A stretch of 63,217 bases of DNA, the filler included. It is 8 parts of 8 records of this genome, joined end to end, with 100 filler letters (N's around TTAATTAATTAA, not from the genome) between each part and the next. Parts side by side here need not be neighbours in the genome. Positions count along the whole stretch, not along the records: positions 59,354 to 63,217 come from SRR7504441_1270; 7 more parts are not named here. One strand, written 5' to 3'. The notes beneath the pieces are model-generated. The model did no database searches. It saw only the letters and a program-made list of their open reading frames with translations, and had not been told where the DNA came from. Shown here piece after piece: positions 59,798-63,217 of this stretch (position 1 is its first letter; each line of letters opens with the position of its first letter). The position numbers and the translations under genes are program-made.

Positions 59798-62700
59798 TCA
59801 TCGCCGCGACGGGAAGCTGCCATCGGCCCGGAGCGACGCCCGGAGCGACGAGAACTTGAGCGGCCCGCTGCTGGTCGAGTCGGTTGGCACGATCCAATCA
59901 AGCGACTTCATCTGCACCAGCGGCGCCACCGACGGCCGGCCGTGCGCGCATTGGAACGGGAAGGCACACGCCGACAAGTCTTGCACTAATTGAGTCGCTG
60001 TCTCGGTACTCAGCCTGTGTCCATTCCGTTTAGACGAGTGAGCGGCGAATGAAAGTGGGGCACCGGTCGCCAAACATGATGGCGCCACGACAGGCGCTCG
60101 AGGCGAGGATCCTGCCCCGGCTAGCTGAGGGGCGCCAGGTCGCCGGCTGCCTGTGCACTGCGGGCGGGCTGCTGGCTGCGCCATGCGTTGCCTCCTGCCC
60201 GGGGAATCGGCCACGGCGCTCTGAATCAGCAAACCAGGGCGCAGATGAATTCGACCAGGTCGCTGACGGTGAGCTGGGTGGCTTCAATCTCCGGGGCTTG
60301 GGTGGCCACTTTGAGCTCGGGGTCGAACCGCCAGCCCCAACTGTGGTCCTGATCACGCTGAGCAGAGCGCGGGGGCACCGCTGGACTGGAGTCATGTGCT
60401 GGGACAGGAGCGCTCGGTGTCGGGCAGGCAGGCATAAGCTCAGGCTAGCTGGTGCGACCGTGATTTGCCCGGCTGCACAGGCCTGAGCGTGTCATATACA
60501 ACACGGGATGCGCCTTGGTATTGGTCAGCGAGTCGCTTTTCTGCCGCCTCTAGCCGAATTCTCTCGTCGGCCGCGTGTTGGTCGACAACTGCCGGCGGTG
60601 AGTGCGATCGTGGGAGGGGCACCGGTGACTAGGCCCTCGGGGGTGACGCAGAGGAGGAACTTGGTTTCGAGTTGGCCGGAATAGCTCGCCTGCCGGGGCA
60701 TCTGTCTATGTACTACTACTGTGTATACTACTGCTATATCGCTGTACTGATATACTACCAGGCGGTAGTATATGGCTTGCCTGCTGGAGCATCTGCCTCG
60801 ACAGTCGTTGCTCCTCCCCTGGAGTGGCGTCTCAATCCAGTGAAGCACGTTGCGGGCACCTTCCGAGTTGCACGCCAGCACCTTCGCGGCGCCAGTAAAA
60901 CAAGGATTCACCCTGCACCGACTGCTGTCACGCCCCAGACAGCCAGAGCATGCCCACCATCCGTCAATCAGCGCGCCACGACCGATGTGAGCTTCATACA
61001 GTGCGAGGGCTCGGAGGCAGGCGCTGTCATCATCTGCGAGATGACTCACAAGCAGCGCGAGTGGGCGACTCGGGCGACTCGCCGTCTGACGTGCCGTAGG
61101 GATCCACAGGGATGATTGGCTGGATGGCTGGCCGAGGGGCTGCCTGGCTCTGGGGCGCGCGATGGAAGATGTCAGCGCTCACGTATCTGGCGGGCGGGGC
61201 TGCCGCCCTCCTGGAGGCAACGGCCGGAGCAGGGGGCGGGCAGGAGTTGGCAGAGGGCTCCGCAGGCTTGGCTGGCGCGGGTGCTGGCAGCGGCCTCGTT
61301 TCTGTTGCTGGCTCCGCAGGGGCGTCGTCGGTTGGGGCTGGGACTGGCAGCGGTCGCTTCTCTCTGCGCATGGCGCCTGAAGAGACCCCGCCCACCAAGT
61401 GCTGAGCCATGGCAGCCCTGGCCATCGGGGGGCGCTGCGGCCTGACGGCAAGTAACTGGCGGTGCGCTCGTTGCTGAGCTGCTTGCGCTATCAACTCATC
61501 TACGGTGGGACCTGGCAAACGCTGTTCAAGCACGATTGACTGCAGCAGAACCGGTGGTGATGCACGAGATTGCGTCGCTTCGGATGATCTCTTCAGGCAG
61601 CCGAGTCGCCTTGCGGGCTGGGACCAAGGGCAGCAGCTCGTCAGCGACTGTGTGGCCGCACTCGCGCAGGAACCTAAGCCCGCAAGGTGTCAATGCGCGC
61701 GGTGTCGTGTGGTCGCCTGGCGGCAAAGTTGCGCGCCACGACACTCGCGAGCTTGTTATCGTCGAATTGGACCGAAGCCTTGCTCGGCTCGAGCAGAACG
61801 CAGAACCGGGACGGGCAGCACTCAACAGAAACCACAAACTGTCAACAGCGCTCACATCAGCTGATTCGATGCCTCACAGCAGGGTGCATCGCGCTCTGGA
61901 CTGTATCCTTCGTGCGATGCCAGACCACTCGCCGCTGTTTCGCTGGCCGCTGGTCTGCTGCCTCGCGGCTGCTCAGCGAGGCGTAGAGGCTGTTGATTGC
62001 TTCGTGCACTCGCGACGATTCGCTGAGCCTGAAAGATCAGAGCTGAAAGAAGCACCGAGAGCGCGTCGACCTTCGTCCGTTGAGAAACACAAACTGCAGG
62101 TCGCCGGTCGACAGGCAGCACGAGGGCCGGCTGAGCAGCCCGCTGATCGAGAACCCCGCTGACTCATACGACGGCGCCGCCTCGAGCGCCGCAGCTCTTG
62201 GATCGTCGAAACTCTGCGCAGTCTGGCTCAGATTGATCCCTCAGGCCCGCAGCTGACCAGCGACTGGACGGCATCCAATAGTGTGTCATGCCTGCGGCTC
62301 TGAAAGACGAGCGTCTGAGTCGAAGCATCCACAAGCGAGAAAGCCACCCCAAACTCCGCCAGCGACAACTCCTCCAGTCTTCGTCTGAGCAATTCTAGCT
62401 CGCGGCGGGTCTCGCCCAAAAGCAGCCGCTGACGGACTGGCTGGTAGCGGAAGATCTCAGAGACAATCACAACAGTGCCTGCCAGCCTTTATCAGAGTCG
62501 CTAATCTCGAACGCGAAGACCCGGGACAAACGGCCTGCCCTGCTCGGTTTCGGTGATCGTGTGCTCGGACGGCTGCTGAGCGGACGGGCGGCTGACGACT
62601 TTGGTGGCCGACCGCTGCTCGGCTCGAGAGCCGGTGGTGATCTGGACAGGCCTCAACCGCCTGGTGCGCGTGCCGGTGCCTGCAGCCTGGCGATGCTGGC

Positions 62701-63084
62701 GACGTTGGCAAGCGCCTCGCCCCGAAAACCCTTGAGCCTGGGCGCGCCCGGGGCGGCCGGTTGTTCGAGCTCGGCCAGGCTGCTCAGCTTGGAGGTGGCG
62801 TGCCTGTGCCCCACCATCGGCAGGTCGGCCATCCGGATCCCGCAGCCTGTCCCCGCCATCAGGCCCGGCCCGGCCCAGCGCCAGCCACCGTTGTCGGTCA
62901 CGCTGAGCTTGAACCCGCGTAGGTTGAGGCTGCACACGACTTGGCTGGCCCGGGCGTCCAGCGCGTTCAGCACGAGCTCCTCGGCCAGCTGGGCCACCGA
63001 CGTGATCGACTGGCCGGTACGGATCGCGTCGCGCAGCTCGGGGCCCAGGACCCGCACTCGGCGGGCGTCATCAACCTGCTGCAT
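59798..63084 (-). CDS. MLH3: MutL homolog MLH3, multi-intron
   Basis: GHKL motifs ELVLNALDA, VTDNG, HATSK, GFRGEAL; DQHAADERIRLE; ACRGAIMFGD; CAFPFQCAHGRPS; middle exons not all traced. Confidence 0.9.
60690..60780 (-). other. Atypical 91-nt AT-rich GC-AG intron with duplicated junction and hairpin
   Basis: Splicing gives RQMLQQ/ASYSGQLETKF; junction repeats CAGATGCTCCAGCAG|GCAAGC and CAGATGCCCCGGCAG|GCGAGC; internal ATATACTACC-gcct-GGTAGTATAT. Confidence 0.7.
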
Positions 63085-63217
63085 CGAGGGCAACGAGGCC
63101 CCAGAGGTTCGGCAAGTGGCAACACGATCGAGCAGCACTGACCCAAGCCTCCTCCCGGCCCAATCCGCCGAGATCGCTCATCATCAACAATGCCGAGGAC
63201 CCGAAGCAAGACGTCGA

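Noticed and set aside
1-63217. Taxonomic assignment, RNA genes and transposases
   Set aside because: No rRNA, tRNA or transposase recognised; the lineage cannot be assigned without phylogeny of UTP10, ATM1 or MLH3

Overview
Gene-dense, GC-rich genomic DNA from a eukaryotic microbe (protist). Eight contigs are joined by seven artificial 100-nt N/TTAATTAATTAA/N spacers, so gene neighbourhood across spacers is meaningless. About 33 genes or gene fragments are readable, and the standard genetic code fits. The fragmented ORF track is explained by many tiny spliceosomal-type introns (mostly 36-49 nt). These have degenerate GT or frequent GC donors, a (C/G)TGA(C/G) branch motif and a G-rich rather than pyrimidine-rich 3' end. 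Several introns carry copies of their flanking exons. Recognisable genes: ATM1/ABCB7, GDAP2, UTP10/HEATR1, MLH3, nagB-like deaminase, anoctamin, sterol desaturase, METTL21-type methyltransferase, TPR-JmjC, M50 protease and GPCR-PIPK. Manual splicing reveals architectures hidden in the ORF track: a kinesin + alpha/beta-hydrolase + transglutaminase-like fusion, a BBE/AA7-like oxidase fused to an apparently inactive GH26 domain, an LPMO-like protein with Trp at the presumed axial site, a CaaX-terminated long coiled coil, and intron-containing bacterial-type genes. All product calls come from motif recognition by eye; no searches were run and no splice site is transcript-verified.
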